Positions 24,201 to 38,300 of a stretch of DNA of 64,000 nt are shown here, piece by piece. This DNA comes from Lingula anatina (Eukaryota; Animalia; Brachiopoda): contig CM120641.1 in NCBI GenBank assembly GCA_051362555.1, positions 48,118,401 through 48,182,400 of the forward strand. The letters are read 5' to 3'. Below the pieces are notes generated by a model. The model made no database searches. It was not told the DNA's origin and saw only the letters and a list, made by a program, of their open reading frames with translations. Position numbers and translations under genes: made by a program. The number at the start of each line of letters is the position of its first letter. The first letter of the stretch is position 1.

Positions 24201-27200
24201 ATGCTAGGGTGTTAACACACTATAAAGACAGTCGTCTAACAAAACCTCAAACACACAGAAATGTTACTCCTTCGTAAGCTTCTGAACAAGATGAAAAGTT
24301 TTCTCAGAAAATATTCCTTAAAGGCTTTGTTCTTCAGACGCCACTTATGACAAAAACTACACATCTTTCCGCCTTCTTTTTTAATAGCGAACATTCACTG
24401 TGGTTACAGGTAAACCATGTATCTGGCCTTAGGGATATCGATTATGTATATTAACCTACGTCAATGTAAAAACGGGGAATGAAACTTCCGGTACATGCAA
24501 TTCCTTGTTGGATATAGTCTAGTTTCATTTGCAAAAAAAAAAAGAAAAAAAACTAGAACCTCTTTCAGTACATTAACTCCATAAATACGATGAAGAGGTC
24601 GCTTTGAAACAAAGTTCAAAACTGATTTTTTTTTAAACAAAAGCCGATGATGGAATCACAATAAAACAAATTGTTTAAAAGCAATCAATTACCTATCTAA
24701 TGAGTAACGTAGGATGGAATCGGGATGTTTTATTCAGAACAGGAAATAAGGAAAGCTAAACGGCTTTTATGTTATAAATTATGTGCAGGCTGTACATTTA
24801 AAGAAATGCCATCAAATTTTTGAAAATCGAAGAGGTGGTAATTATGGGAAAATGGGAATTATTCAATATTGCAATGGAGGAATTTAAGAAAGTATACTAC
24901 AACTGATGTTTGAAAACTGCATTGGTTCATAGCTCGTGATGGTATCGGTATGGTATACTTTAAGTTACGAACCCTTAAGGGGGTACCTTGACAAGGTATT
25001 TTTAAAACCACTGTGACAATGAGTGAATGACTTCAAAAGATAATGATTATGCATATTTCATCCACACATTCTTACTAAAAGATCTTTTTTTATAATTACA
25101 TAACAGACGTGTAAACCTTACTGCCAAGAAAACCGAGAAAATGCCAAACATCATTTTGTACGATGTTTAAGGTCTTTAACGCTGTATATTTACCTGTTAA
25201 ACCAGTCATCTGTATATCTAGGATATGGGTAGGGGTCGTTACTGCTGAAGTCGTAGCTTGCCTCCGCGTTCTGAAATGATATTAAGGGAACTGTATAACT
25301 GTATGAATGAGGGGAGCAGAAACTGTTGTTTAAAGAAACGATCCCCAAAAAACTCCTGTGTAACACAGCTGTGATCATTCTTCACTTCACTACGTTTTTC
25401 TGCATGTTTTTCTGTATTTTTCTGAATGTTTTATTGTTGTTATTTAAACGTATGCTATCCGGGTTTGAAAATGTCCCAAGGTCATTTATTATACACACGT
25501 CTACATAGAATACAAAGCTTTTTAGCTTTTCCCATAAAGACCTTAAAAACGACAAACCCAATAAAAGTATCTTATATCGACATTTCCATTTGAGTCAAGA
25601 AAGACAGAGTTATCTAAATGAATGGCCGGTCATTTACGCCTAACCTATTTGATGAAAAAATGATATAATCCAAGTGCATGGATCGGTCGCACATTGATTT
25701 GCGAGTAAGAGCAATTTTCTTTTTTCGAAGAAAATTCGATTTAGAGGAACAATCCCAGACATGATACATTTAACCACATGGATAGCTGTTCGTTTGCAAA
25801 AGTCGTTTAAGGTTAGGCAGAGTTTGGGGGAAAATATCAGAATTCTTACTACTGACATCACTTGAAATACTTACAAAGTTTTCGTATAAATCCGGGTGCA
25901 TGTAATCGATACCTGGAAAATATAAACAGAATTAGACATTTTTGCCATATGCTAAGCGACACTGATATTGAAGCCAGCATAAAATTATATTTGATTCAGA
26001 ACATTATGGTTAATATTATGGATATTCAGTAACTAGGAATAAGATACACACAGTATTTTAAAAATGCCATGTCCGCCAGCGTCTTACCGTCGTCCATAAT
26101 GGCGGTGGTGACCCCCTTCCCGGTGATGCCTAATGCCCAGGCTGCCTCAACGTTCAGGTCCAGCTTTAACTTGCCTCCCGCTTGTGCTGTGTTGTTCTAA
26201 AATTCAAAACTTGGACTTATGTAAGTCTGAACACGGCAATAATGAATAATGGGAGACTGAATAAATTAGAAGGTGGGTACCATGAGACTGTACTGTTTTA
26301 ACGTAAAAATATTACTTTTTATGCACTGTTTTTTTTTTTATTTATATATTTCTTCATTTTTTAAAATTAATTATTCAGTTTATATCTACTGTATGTCCGT
26401 GTATTCATGTATGTGTCGCAACATGTGACCTTGATATAGATTACAATCGTGAATGTGAATTAACGGTAAAAGAAGAGAATGATAAGTAAAATGTCAAGAG
26501 TCTTCTCGCCAAATACCAATTAATGGCATTATTTAGATAATTAAAGCTAAAATATCAAAGGAGCCTCCTCACCAAATACCACTGTTTGGGATAAAGAGGG
26601 TCAGTAGGCACGGAAGTCTTCGGCGGGGCGGCAGCCTTCGCTTTATTGCTTTTGGCGTGGGACAAAGGCTTCAGGGGTTTATACCCGCGTTTAAGACGCG
26701 GGAACCCAGTCTGTTGTACAGCAAATCGGACCTGAAAGGGGAAAAGAAAAGAATTAATCTTAAAGGCTGACCAAAATGTTTGTCGATATGCCATAGGAAA
26801 TGTTTTAAGTATCGTGTGGAAAATCTGTTTATTGCTTAACAAACAGCTCAGTGCATTTAATAAACAATAAAAATATACGTTAAGAAAAACGGCTACCGGG
26901 TAGCTATGCAGGTAGCTCGTACAGTAGATTTTGTCGTGTTTTTTCATGAACAGATAGATAAATAATTTTTTTTTCTCTCTCATAATTCGAAATTTATTGA
27001 AGATAGATTGTTTGTGCTTTATCCAAGCAGTATTGCAATCATGCCTGATGTGAAGTGCCAGACAAATCATTCTCAGTATAAGGAATATTTCAACTATAAC
27101 CCATGTTGATCGATGATCAAAGTTGATATCTGCAATTTGGAGGTTACACTCTCTCGGGGAAATATGTTATTCCTATATTAGACGCTTTCATTCCTGTCGA

Positions 27201-30200
27201 TTCGGTTATGAAAGTGACGGTCTAAGGTACAGAAAGAGAGCGAGCAAACGGTACGTGGTCGAAGATGCCATAATAACAAAGATTTGTTGTGTATCATAGA
27301 CATTGAAAAAAAAAAACATCCATTGTGGTGAATTCGATGCACGCATAGCGGTCAAAGATGATTAATACCAGAAAAGAAAAAGCAATTGTGTTCTATGTCT
27401 GGATATGAGTGCAGAAAGAAAGATAATTTGACAAAAAATAATATTTACATCGATTCTTTACTTAAAGACTGGTTTGACAGAACCATTATGGAGAGAAAAT
27501 AGGAACTCTTCAGTCAAAAAGAATTTGATGAGAAGTGCTAGCCAAGCGGATGATGAAGAACTTATTGATTGATAGGCAAAAGATACAGGAGGTTTCTTGC
27601 TTCACAACGGGGATTAAAACCTTGGAAATATCAGACCAATGCATCACCCTTATCTTAACGCGACATTCGCGCTGGTCATTCTCGGGTGGTGTGTTTCAAA
27701 ATAAGCAATATTTGCCTTAAGAAAGGTTCCGTAAAGGTTTCTTTTATTCACACTTTGGTGTTGTTCGGCCTCCTGATTCTGGTCTGACAGTCGACTATGA
27801 GTGTAAAATTTGCAAAACTCAAATGTCGTCTGCTCCAGACCCCAGAGATGTAAATTGAGTCAACAGCCAGAAAAGTTGATAATATATTGTTCCGGGTAAT
27901 AAGCAGCAATGCAGTTATTAATTTCTGCTATGACATAACCTGTAATAATAGAAAGGATCTCAGATGGATTGACAAAACAATTTTCCGGACAGATGAGTTG
28001 TTAGAAATGCCACAGGCAAAACATATCCAGTCTTATTATACAGTAAAACGGCCCTGTACAGAACTGTGTGCTTTCTGAATGCGAGATGGAGAAAGCCACT
28101 CTGCTGTTCATAGAAGCATATGATTTATCTCGGGAATGGTTTAATGTGTTTGTAAAAGATTGCTACTGATACGTTACTTCGACAAATGGGACTGAATGTT
28201 GAAACAGAGCCGCCATGTTGCATCTTGTGTTTTTCCTGCCAATAATAAATCGATAAGTCCCGAGTTCATGAAATTTTAATGATACCACACTATCAGCTTT
28301 ACGTGGCCTTCGCTGTTGGGATTTACACAAATTAGTGACCAGCTTCTTTAATATGCCATTAACTATGGGACTTATAGAGCCTTTCCTGTTTCCCCAATTA
28401 TTTCATAGCAAGAAGCCTCGTTAATTTCGCATGTGGGTGCGGAATAGACACGTCAGAAAATGCGAACAAAATCAGCACCTTGCGGACCGCTCCATGATAG
28501 GGGACGTACAAACAAGCCGTAAGATCAATACCTAGGAGTAGAATCATCACATACATGTATAGTACTTACGTCCATATCAGATGAAGCTAGCAACGTTTCA
28601 TTTTGTTTCAGCTGCAGATGGATACGACAACCCACCCAGCTGCTAAATACTATGTTATTTCTTTTTCTTTCCTTTTCAGATTTATTTATTTATTTATTTA
28701 TTTTGAATAATCTATTAACACATTGAAATGCCTAATGGTAAGATTTAAGTTTGTTATGATTTTCCAAAAGTGGCGAAAACGTAGACAAATGTGCCTCTTG
28801 CTTTTTGTTTACTTGAAGTGATGACCCAAACTATATACATTTACTGATAACACACCCTGTCTGTCTGTCTGTCTGTCTGTCTGTAACTTTTCAGTACAGT
28901 AGGAGTTCAACGAATATATATAATCGATCGCGTGTGATACTGAACACTGTCATTAACTTCAGCGTACAAAACCCCACAAGTACTTTTATGCCTTGCGCCT
29001 GTAAGGCTTCGGTATACCACGACCCGAGGCACTCGAAATCCCGATCGATAAGCCTTCGGAAATAATTACTGGAACACCTACGCGCCATTTGTTTGACGTT
29101 TCCTTGAATTCCACGAGGTTTGCTTTTTGTCCGGCAACTCTTGGTATCGATTGGATTTTTCATAGACTTCACAAAGACAAAGAGAATTAAAACTTGAGTC
29201 TATATTGGTGCATCACATGTATACATACGATCTGTGGTATTACAATCAAGGTCGCTGCAGGCGTGACGCGGCGTTTTAAGTGGCTTGTCTGTCAGCCATC
29301 ATATCAAGTTCAGGACATATAACGCCATATTTTTGCACGATTTTCATGTATAGAAATGAATGTAAAAATTATGCATGAGACGCAGTTAAGATTATTATTT
29401 TTTGCTCAATTCATGATGCTTGCTCACTTTCACAATGCACAGGTTGATACATAGTTCTTTTTAATGTTCCCATTCTAAAGTCAACGGTACAATTAACATG
29501 TAAATTATATGACATGTAAATGTAAATTGTATGACCGAAACTTGACAAGATCCAATTTGCTGTTTACAATGGTTGTGTATCTTTAAAATTCTCCAAGATT
29601 TACAACAATCTAAACATGACGGTGTTCACCCATTCAATACAAAATCAAACTATGACGTTAATCATCACAAAAATAGATTCAACAGTAAATATTTGTTTTA
29701 CTCTCAATATAGAAGGATGTCATGTACATGTATATCTATTCTGATGCCATTTTCTTTTAGTATCTATTATATAACCAATTGATGATTTTGGAAAAAATTG
29801 CCAAGTTTGATGACAGACCTGCATAATATCAGAAATAACGAAGGTTTCCTTTTTTAAAAAATAAACAGTCTTCTCATTATGAAATTACTTTCTTAAAAGA
29901 TGGTGAACCTAAAATGTCCAAATAATTAGCAGATGCATTTAGCCAACGGAGGGACTCTTTCGTAATGAGAACCAACAGGCCTCTAGTTTCCCGGTCGTGC
30001 CAGGTAGTGTGTTTCAGATTTTTCTCGCTCACTGACCTATGTTGTGTTTTTTTCTTTTTTTTTTTTCTTATACTTATAATTATTTTATTTATTTATTTAT
30101 TTATTTTATTTTATTTTATTTTATTTTATTTTATTTTTTATTTATCTATTTATTTATTTATTTTTGTTGTTGTTGTTGTCAGAAACACTGACTGGAAACT

Positions 30201-33200
30201 GTGGTAGACTCATATTTCTTGTTAATAATGTGCTAATATATTCATCCTGCCACTGGACTTGAAACTGCGAGTTTTTGAACGAACACATAAAACTGCAAGG
30301 AAACTTTAAAGAGGAGTACTTTAATTTGTATCCTAACGACGCTTTACATAGAATCGGGATCGGCTTATATACAATTGTTTATAAGACTTATTTTTTGTAC
30401 TTCATTGAGATACTGAGTACATTTAAACAAGAGATACTTGCCCTATGGCGAGATGAATTACTAAATATGGACAGAGACAGTCCGTGCGGTTTTCTGTACG
30501 CCACGCTTGGCAGTTTGCGTGTTTGTCACATCTCCGTTGATGCCACATCAGTGCATCGTGGCAACAACATTGGAAGCGGTCTTAATGGTTTTAGCAAAAG
30601 ATTAATTTCGGGAGGAAGACGCTTAATTGCAAACCCCTCTTATTGATCTGCTGTAATCCCTGTCAGTTAATTGACAGTGGTATAAGCGATGAGGTAGAAC
30701 GAAGAATAGCGGGTTACAGGTGGATTTCAATTAAATTTTACCTGCTGGGACTGAAAATTAAAGTTCGTGGTAAAACTGTGCTAAAAGCAACTAATTAAAA
30801 CGTGTTTCATTCTTTCGTCAATAGCGAAGCATTGCGCATAAACGGTGAAGTGTTTTTTCAACGGAATATTCCTGTCATTCGCCCACTTTTTTTAGCATTG
30901 GCTGTGAAAGAAGAACAACTTTATTCTGAAGGCCACTTACCATTGGGTCCGACTTGAGCAGTCTTGTGTGAGGCACACTTCTGCGCATGCGTGCGTTGTG
31001 GACAGCATGGTGGACAAAATGGAAATCTGTCTTGGAATTCAGCACCTGAAAAGAAAAAAATAGGACATGTTAAAAACAAGTTTACATATGTGTATTATTT
31101 TTGGAAAAACGGAACGTTGATTTTGAAACGATTTTGGGCTTTCAAATGGATTATTCATCAATTGTTCGTTTGTCTATTCTAATTATTTCGGATATAGGAG
31201 AAAAACAATCGGATTTTTACGAAGATTATATTAATATCAATACATTTGTGCTTAACGAGCACGTCATTAATGTCAGTAATGTTATCTCTGACAAATGACT
31301 CTGCTTTAAAAACAGCAGAACACAGTTACTAGAGGGGACCTAAATCAATGAAATATGTATAGGACATAGAGGCCATACAGAACAGGAGATCCGAGGATCT
31401 ATCGATCCACGGATCAAATATGACGGACCTCACATGAAAGAAGAGCCGATCAATCTGCTGATGGTCTCCCCGCCTCCACACGCTCTGTCCTTGCAGGGGT
31501 CTAGCAATTAAACCTCGGGGCCGTGATTTAATCCGTTCAATGACGCGTTGCCATATTTGATCCGTGTCATATTTGATCCGTGGATCAGTAGATACTCGGA
31601 TCTTCTGTCCTGAATGGCCTCCTTCATGTAGATCACGCCACGATTTGCGAAGAACCCGCGAAGACAATGTGAAACAGTATGATTGCCTAAAGGTAAAGCT
31701 CTTTCAAAGAGTCTTTGAAAAAGAAATCCTTTGATAAAAAGAATTGAAGGCAGGAATGCCTCTCGCGTGGTTAAGCGACTTCTCAGAAATGGCATGGCAT
31801 ATACATAACTTCAGAGGCTTTTTGTGCCATTCCAATTCGTTTTATGGTGATTCATTTTCCCTACACTTCAGATTATGACATGCCAAAGTGGTCGACAGTA
31901 GATCTTATTTGCTTTGAGGACCGCGTTAAAATCAGATAATCGAAATTGAGAAACCAATGTTGGCAGTCGTAGAAATACGGCTGTAGCAAGATCGATATGC
32001 AATTTCCGCTAGAGGTTTTTATTTTCAATGCAGTGACTTTGCTTAAAAGGCACCGATATATCTAAAACCTGATTTTGGGGTGAAGCAAAACGATCGTTAT
32101 ACCATGAAGTATAGAAATAATTACATGTACCCTGAATATTAAAAATAATAGGAGGCACCTGTTTTATCTGAATGCATAAAGCAATGAAACTCATGTAATG
32201 GATCGCAGATACAATGCATAATTAAATTTTCTGGAAAATGTAACCAAAATCTAATGAGTAAACTAGCTTTCTATTTTGTAAACGATAGCGATGATCAACT
32301 GAAAAAAATTATGATGAAGATTACAGTGAGCTGTATTAAGTTGAATAACTCTGTTTTGCATCTATTTATCTTTTTTTTTTTTTTTTTTTTGACGGATGCT
32401 TTGTGAGCTTGTTTATCAGAGACAGCTCATTGACGTCACTATGTGTCAGAGGACGTGCAACTCCCCAAACCACCACATCATTACTCCAGTTGAAAACAAA
32501 TCTACTGTTAACTTTCCCTAACCATGTTAAACTTGCCATTTGTCTGATTGAGACTTAATGTAATTTTTTTCTAAAGAAAGATTATATTGTATTTACCCAG
32601 AGGACAGATATATATGCCTTTGAGATATATCGGAAGCATAAAAATAGTTGGGTTTGTTGCGATGAATATAGAACTCCCTCGCAAGTCATGCATTTTTTTC
32701 GTGAAAATAACTGTCGATCAAGATAACACCCATGTTAAACACGGGGAGGTGAGATTGCACGTTGCTTAGATCTACACGCAAATTTCCGACACAAGTGGCC
32801 ATTTCACCTGGAGAATCAAGTCAATGTTTTTCAAAGGTGGGCAATAAATGTGTTTTCAAATTACTTTCAGAACGAACAAATGCAAATTGATCTGGCTGTT
32901 CTTTAAGTACCATATGGTACACACTTGTGCAGCGGAAAGGGGGCGGTACATTTCTATCTGGTGGTAAACCATATAACTCAATAGGACCGTGTCACGTAGG
33001 AAAAGAACAATGCATAAAAAGGTGGCAGCCATAAATTCTATTTAAGGGTCACTCTGCTCGCGTTCGAAAACAAATTTCAGTGTCCATTCCCGTAGCCTTG
33101 TAATATGGTAAGTAACCTGATATTGGTTATACAAGATTTGAACGGAAATACACCAGTTAGAAACCTTGTTGTCAAGAAACTTGTTATTACTTGTTAAGTC

Positions 33201-35108
33201 AAGGTTGGGTCAAACACAAATTCTCCTTAGTAACAATTGGATTTAACTGACAATAACTTTACAATCAACTTTGAGATTGTTCGTTATCTTTTTCATTCAT
33301 GGAAATTGAAGAAAACTAACATCATTTTAAACACCCTTGACTTGATAAAGGAACCAAGAAAGCGACTATTAGGTTGAAAATTAAATCCAAAATTTTGAAT
33401 TCCAAAATCGAAATGCGTTCATGATTTTCCAGTATAAAATTTTGCATAATATAGTACCGTTTCGGGGACTTGTTTAAAAAGCAGTCAAATGAAACAACTG
33501 AAAGACGGAACATTGGTGATTGTGTAAAAGCAAGATAAAAGATGTATCTTAAGGATAATCCAATTTCAGCTATCCACCTTTGGTAACGTATTCAGTTAAC
33601 TTGATTGATTTAAAATACGAGACAACAATCCGTCTTTGTCGAGGCGGGAAAAGGCAGTCCCCTCAATATGGTGCCCTATATATGTTTTCTGTCTATGTAG
33701 GATAGAAGTATTGTTTTCAAACCGACAACACTCAAGGGGATAAGATAAAAAAGATCGATATCGTTTGTGTTGGGGAAATTAAGTATTATTTGTGAATAAT
33801 GATTATTCATGGTTTTGATATGACAACTAAGCCGCGTTAGGAGATTGTCGTGTGCCAAGGGAAGGAACGCACTTTTACTTGGTCACGCGAAATTGTAGGT
33901 GCTTTATTTCAAAACTTAGGTTGTTACATGTAAATAATAACTTTTTACTCCTCTGTTCCAAATCTAAACTTTATATTTTCTTAAGCGTATTTCATAATTG
34001 TGTTATTTTTCTTAACAATTTCTTAAATCAAGTTAGAAAATTTTGCGAAATCTCAAGTCAGAGAAATCCAAGATAACGCCGAGGGAAATATGGTTTTTGT
34101 TTGGTTTTAAAGCCGTTTGCCTTCACACATTTCTGACTTTTATTGAAATGCCCATTTGTTATGGATCCAACTCTTGATCACTTTAATCTAACTGAATTTG
34201 CTTTATTATAGATTCACCATTATTTGCGTCTCAATTTTAACTTTTGACTGACTGACTTAGAGAAGCGTTATTACAGATAGGTGACCTAAAACCAGAGAAT
34301 AATGAAACAGGAAAAACATAGCTATAGGCATTAAACTCAAACTTTCCTTATTAAGGTGTGTTTCCTGGTTTGTGTCGAAGAGAAGTAATCACTAGGTTAA
34401 ATACCAGAGATATAAAAACGACCCGTGTGAGATAGTCTTTACATGATTTTTTAGTTTGTGAAAGATTATTTAGGATGGACTTTTCAAATTTATAGAACAG
34501 CCGTTGAAGAAGTGCGATTTATTTATATGTACGATGGCGTAAGATCTGGACAAAATCTATTCGTTCTTGCATGCATTTCTCCCAAAATTCTTCATTTTAG
34601 ACAGCTTTATCATTAACGTTTAAACATGAAACCGGTAAATTTTGTGTTGTCTTTTTTAAGGTCAAATACGAAAGAGAAAAAGCGATCGATATTTTGAATA
34701 GAAATCCTCATACATGTACCAAATTGTGTTAATTATTGCTGAATTGGAAAATCCGAAAAATATACTATGCTAAGAAATTTATGATATGGAGGAATGAAGA
34801 CAACTTTGCCAATATACACGTTGAAAATCATTGTTATCAAACTGATTTTTATGAATAATAATAGAGAGGGTTAAGTCTACCAAATGGCCATAAAGATGTT
34901 TTACACCTACCGGTCCAATGTATGAAAATCCTGTATTTTTGGCAACTCTTTTGGCTATTTCTTCTCCTCCGTCGCCATGAAGGGTAACCAACCAAGAATT
35001 GGTAACAACCTCCTTACATAGCGATCTTAAAATATGGCAGTTCAGGAAAACGAGCAACAACCACACGTCAGTCATTCGCCATAATGGTGAAATGGCCAAA
35101 ATTTTCAT
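18243..35108 (-). CDS. PCSK2: Neuroendocrine convertase 2 / prohormone convertase PC2; 13 coding exons
   Basis: GT-AG exons: 35108-34911, 31045-30941, 26731-26573, 26196-26088, 25912-25875, 25270-25194, 23327-23239, 21403-21228, 20954-20739, 20218-20118, 19626-19393, 19027-18863, 18552-18243. Features include a signal peptide, prodomain ending RLKR|GY, and catalytic Asp (IMDDGID), His (SHGTRCAG) and Ser (HSGTSAAAP). The oxyanion residue is the PC2-diagnostic Asp (VWASGDGG), and the P-domain carries RRGD. Confidence 0.97.
21740..23252. repeat. Two-unit tandem duplication (~740-830 bp) covering PC2 exon 7 end and intron 7
   Basis: Matching blocks: 21750/22583 CTGAAGTCG.AACATTAAAA, 22209/22936 TGATTGACGTCAACTTC.GTTG, 22495/23237 ACCTGCCACTCT.GAC. 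Confidence 0.85.
23733..23959. mobile_element. Palindromic Tourist/PIF-Harbinger-like MITE in PC2 intron 6
   Basis: TIR GAGAGCAT / ATGCTCTC with inner inverted CCGCGGATCAAATATGGCG / CGCCATATTTCACCCGTGG; TTA TSD on both sides. Confidence 0.75.
31369..31621. mobile_element. Palindromic MITE, same family as 23733-23959, in PC2 intron 1
   Basis: TIR GAGGCCATACAGAACAGGAGATCCGAG / CTCGGATCTTCTGTCCTGAATGGCCTC; inner GATCCACGGATCAAATATG inverted; core TGCAGGGGTCTAGCAATTAAACCTCGGGGCC shared with 14530-14565. Confidence 0.75.
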
Positions 35109-35304
35109 CCCTCGACCTCTCTTGTTGCCTGTTTTCTATTCCAACAGTTCGCGTCTGTTCGTTTTCCAACCCTGCTTCAGTTACCCTTCTTAGTGTCCTT
35201 CTGTTTTCTTCAGTCCCTGTATTGTCGTGTCTGTAGTTGAAATTAATCTGCAAACCGAAAAGTCACATCTGGAAGGAGTTCCTGCCGTATTGTCGACCAA
35301 CGGC

Positions 35305-35352
35305 ACAACGTCATTGGTGGACCCCTACCTACGTCACCGCGCACGTCACTGT
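35305..35352 (-). promoter_or_regulatory. Cluster of CRE-like (TGACGT) sites upstream of PC2
   Basis: Three ACGTCA motifs (TGACGT on the minus strand) at ~35308, 35331 and 35344, in a CpG-richer patch 200-240 nt upstream of the ATG. Function is inferred only. Confidence 0.4.
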
Positions 35353-38300
35353 TTGAAACAGGCTGTAGGTCCCGGCCATTTCAACAAATAATTATCATTG
35401 GAGTCTAAATAAAGCTTATTAATATTGAAAGGAGGCTTTATCAGTGCGGACAATTACAATATATTGGAGTCACAATTCCAAGAGTCGTGTCTGCTGCCAT
35501 TTGCATAGGAGCACGATAATATATTGATTGCATGTAGGAACATTGCGGTCGATAAAAATAATGGCTGCCCACGAGTATTTTCTCTGCTTTCAAGGAGTAG
35601 ATCCAATCGTTATGGGCAATGGCGCTTGAAAAGAACATATTTCGCTCCTTCCTTCTGGGTAATATCACACCGCGAACAGCGAAAGTGTATTTTCTGGGGC
35701 CAGACATTAAGAGAGTCCATATATCAACAAGATTGCGAACAGTGGTAGTGTGTATTCTTCGTCTTATTCCAGACAATATATGCCCTCTGCCTTGCCAAAA
35801 GATATATCTCTCTGACATGTTAAAAACACTTTCTTCAGTTTTGCCTTTTTTTGTCATTTCTAAACAAAATACATACATGCCTAAGCAGTAAGTGTGTTTG
35901 GAAATCTGTAGTTTAATGAGATATTGCATTAGGCCTTCAAAGAACGGCCTGGCCGCGCGCTTCAGTTTGAATTGGACTAAATACAACCCTGTCTAAATAG
36001 ACTTCACTTTTCTTTAGTCAGCTTTCGTGATGCTGTAGATCTATCAAAAGGCCTCTCGAGGATTTCAGCTCGGAAATTAACAATAACCTTGTTGCCACGG
36101 CAACCGCGTGCTTTGATGTGTAACTTCCAGTCTCTCGTTTATCATACAAATATTGCGGATAATGGACTTCGTATCTCATCCATTGTGTTATCACTTGAGA
36201 GAGAGGGGGGTGGGGGAGAATGACAGTCAGATCTTCCAGTGGGGAAGAATTAAGCTCTCTATATATGATTACAAGATACACTAGGAGGTGTAAGAAAGCA
36301 ACCACACGATGGTTTGAAATCGTTCTATGACAAGCTGGGAGACGTGTAGCTCTACAATTATGTCGATACAGGCGTTATAACTGATTAGTACAGGTGTGAA
36401 GGGCGTCACAATGCTTCAATATTAAGACGATATATATCTTTTTCCCAAAAGACGTTTGATAGGTTGGTCGCAATACGTTAGACGTAGCCTAACATTATTT
36501 ATTGAAAATGTCGGCCCTATGTCGTCGATAGTAATGTATCGTTTATTGCTAGTATCTCCTCCTTTGTGTGACCGTATTAATACTTAAATCTATCAAGGAA
36601 CTAATTACCACCAGGAGACATCAGCGTAGTCGATATTCTTTATACCGGCTGTGTGTATCAGTCACAGCAGGCGAGACAATGTATAATATCTATTCTAATT
36701 AAAATCACCGGTGTATGTAGATAATACTTCCTGCCTTAACCAGAATGGCCTCGATTTGCTAAATTGGTAATCAGCATGATCAAGTCGACAATAAATTGGC
36801 AATCCGCTTTATTTCAGGCTTTCTGAATCTCGTAATCTGATAAGATGGCGTGGACGTATATTACACAGCGGGATCAAAAATCATCCGCTAGGTGTGTGTG
36901 TGTATATATAGTCCAGGGATTTCGCCTTTGCTCATTCATTAGTTTTACGTGTTCAGTTGAAGACACTGCATGGGCATTAATCCACTATGTTCACTCAATA
37001 TAAGCATAGAATTACTTCTATGACGTAAGCAAACACTTGAAGAGAACATAGGCTGAAAAAGCTCTAAATTTGAATCTGCACTCTTCATAAAAAGCCCTTT
37101 AAGATTAGGAGAGGTTGTTTTTGCCTTTGTTGCTTACTTTAAACTAAACTACTTTAAACCTAACTAAAAAAACAAAAATTATGGGCGGTTTGTGATAAAA
37201 TTGTCAAAATAGGCCAGAAATTGGCTTTCTAAGAATCGATCACACAATGTTGGTGATTCACTGAATTTATTATAATGAAAATTGAGTTGCCAGAGCGGAT
37301 GTCTATGGTGGCCCCTATTGGATATTTCGACTTTTAGAGTTTGCGACTTTTAGAGTTTTCGACTTTTCGAGTTTGCGACTTTTAGAGTTTTCGACTTTTC
37401 GAGTTTGCGACTTTTATAGTTTTTGACTTTTCGAGTTTTCGACTTTTTTACCAGTCATACACTGGCTGCGCGTAGGAAGATATTCAGAAGTAAGAAGCAA
37501 GGTAGATCTCGACGAAGTCATGCAGCCAACTGGTCACTTTTTGGCCATAGCAACACTAACATTTTTAGATATCTCATGTCACAGAAACTGTGCAACTTAT
37601 TCACGTCAATGGAAGGTGGCTTTTCGCATGAGAAAATTGACTATCAAGTTTCATTAAAATCTAACCTGGCAACTTTTTTACCAGTCGGAATACTGGCATC
37701 GTGATACTAGCCGTCAGATGTCAGTGTTATTTGTTTATCAAGACAAGAGCAACTGATAGTTAAAATGTACTTCTTGTTTTGAGAATACATATGGAAGACA
37801 AGAAACATATACGATGTTTGTATAAAAAATAATAATGAAAAATGAAAAAAAAAAAAAAACTCCGATATTACTTATCATTATTACTTATTAATTACTTATA
37901 ACTTATTTTGTCTTATGTCAACTTTTTAACAATTATGGCAAGTATATTTTTATTTAAGAAAATCTATAATGAAAGAAAAAACAACTATGCACATGTATAT
38001 ATATATATATGTGGTAATTTATTAGCAACAAAATGGGCATTTAGACCATTATGCCCATAAAACAAAAGAATTTATTGCACATTTCAGGCATGCAACCACT
38101 TCTTAAATGCTTGTAACAATTTCAACATTTAATTTAAATTTAAAATTTTTAAAAATCGTATCATAATAGTAGCTTCTAGCAGATGTATCTTAAATCAAGT
38201 TTTTCTAGTTAAAATTTATCTGTCTAGATGGGAGTGTACCCCTCAGCTAAATACTATTTTAATTTTACAGCAGCTAAATACTATTTTAATTCTACAGTAA

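Noticed and set aside
35441-35986. 181-aa ORF upstream of PC2
   Set aside because: Non-ATG start, no recognisable motif, AT-rich non-coding composition and no supporting splice structure.
37324-37448. Short regularly spaced repeats that could be mistaken for a CRISPR array
   Set aside because: There are no unique spacers. The units are 9-10 nt, mirrored at 44651-44720 as transposon subterminal repeats, and the context is eukaryotic with no cas genes.
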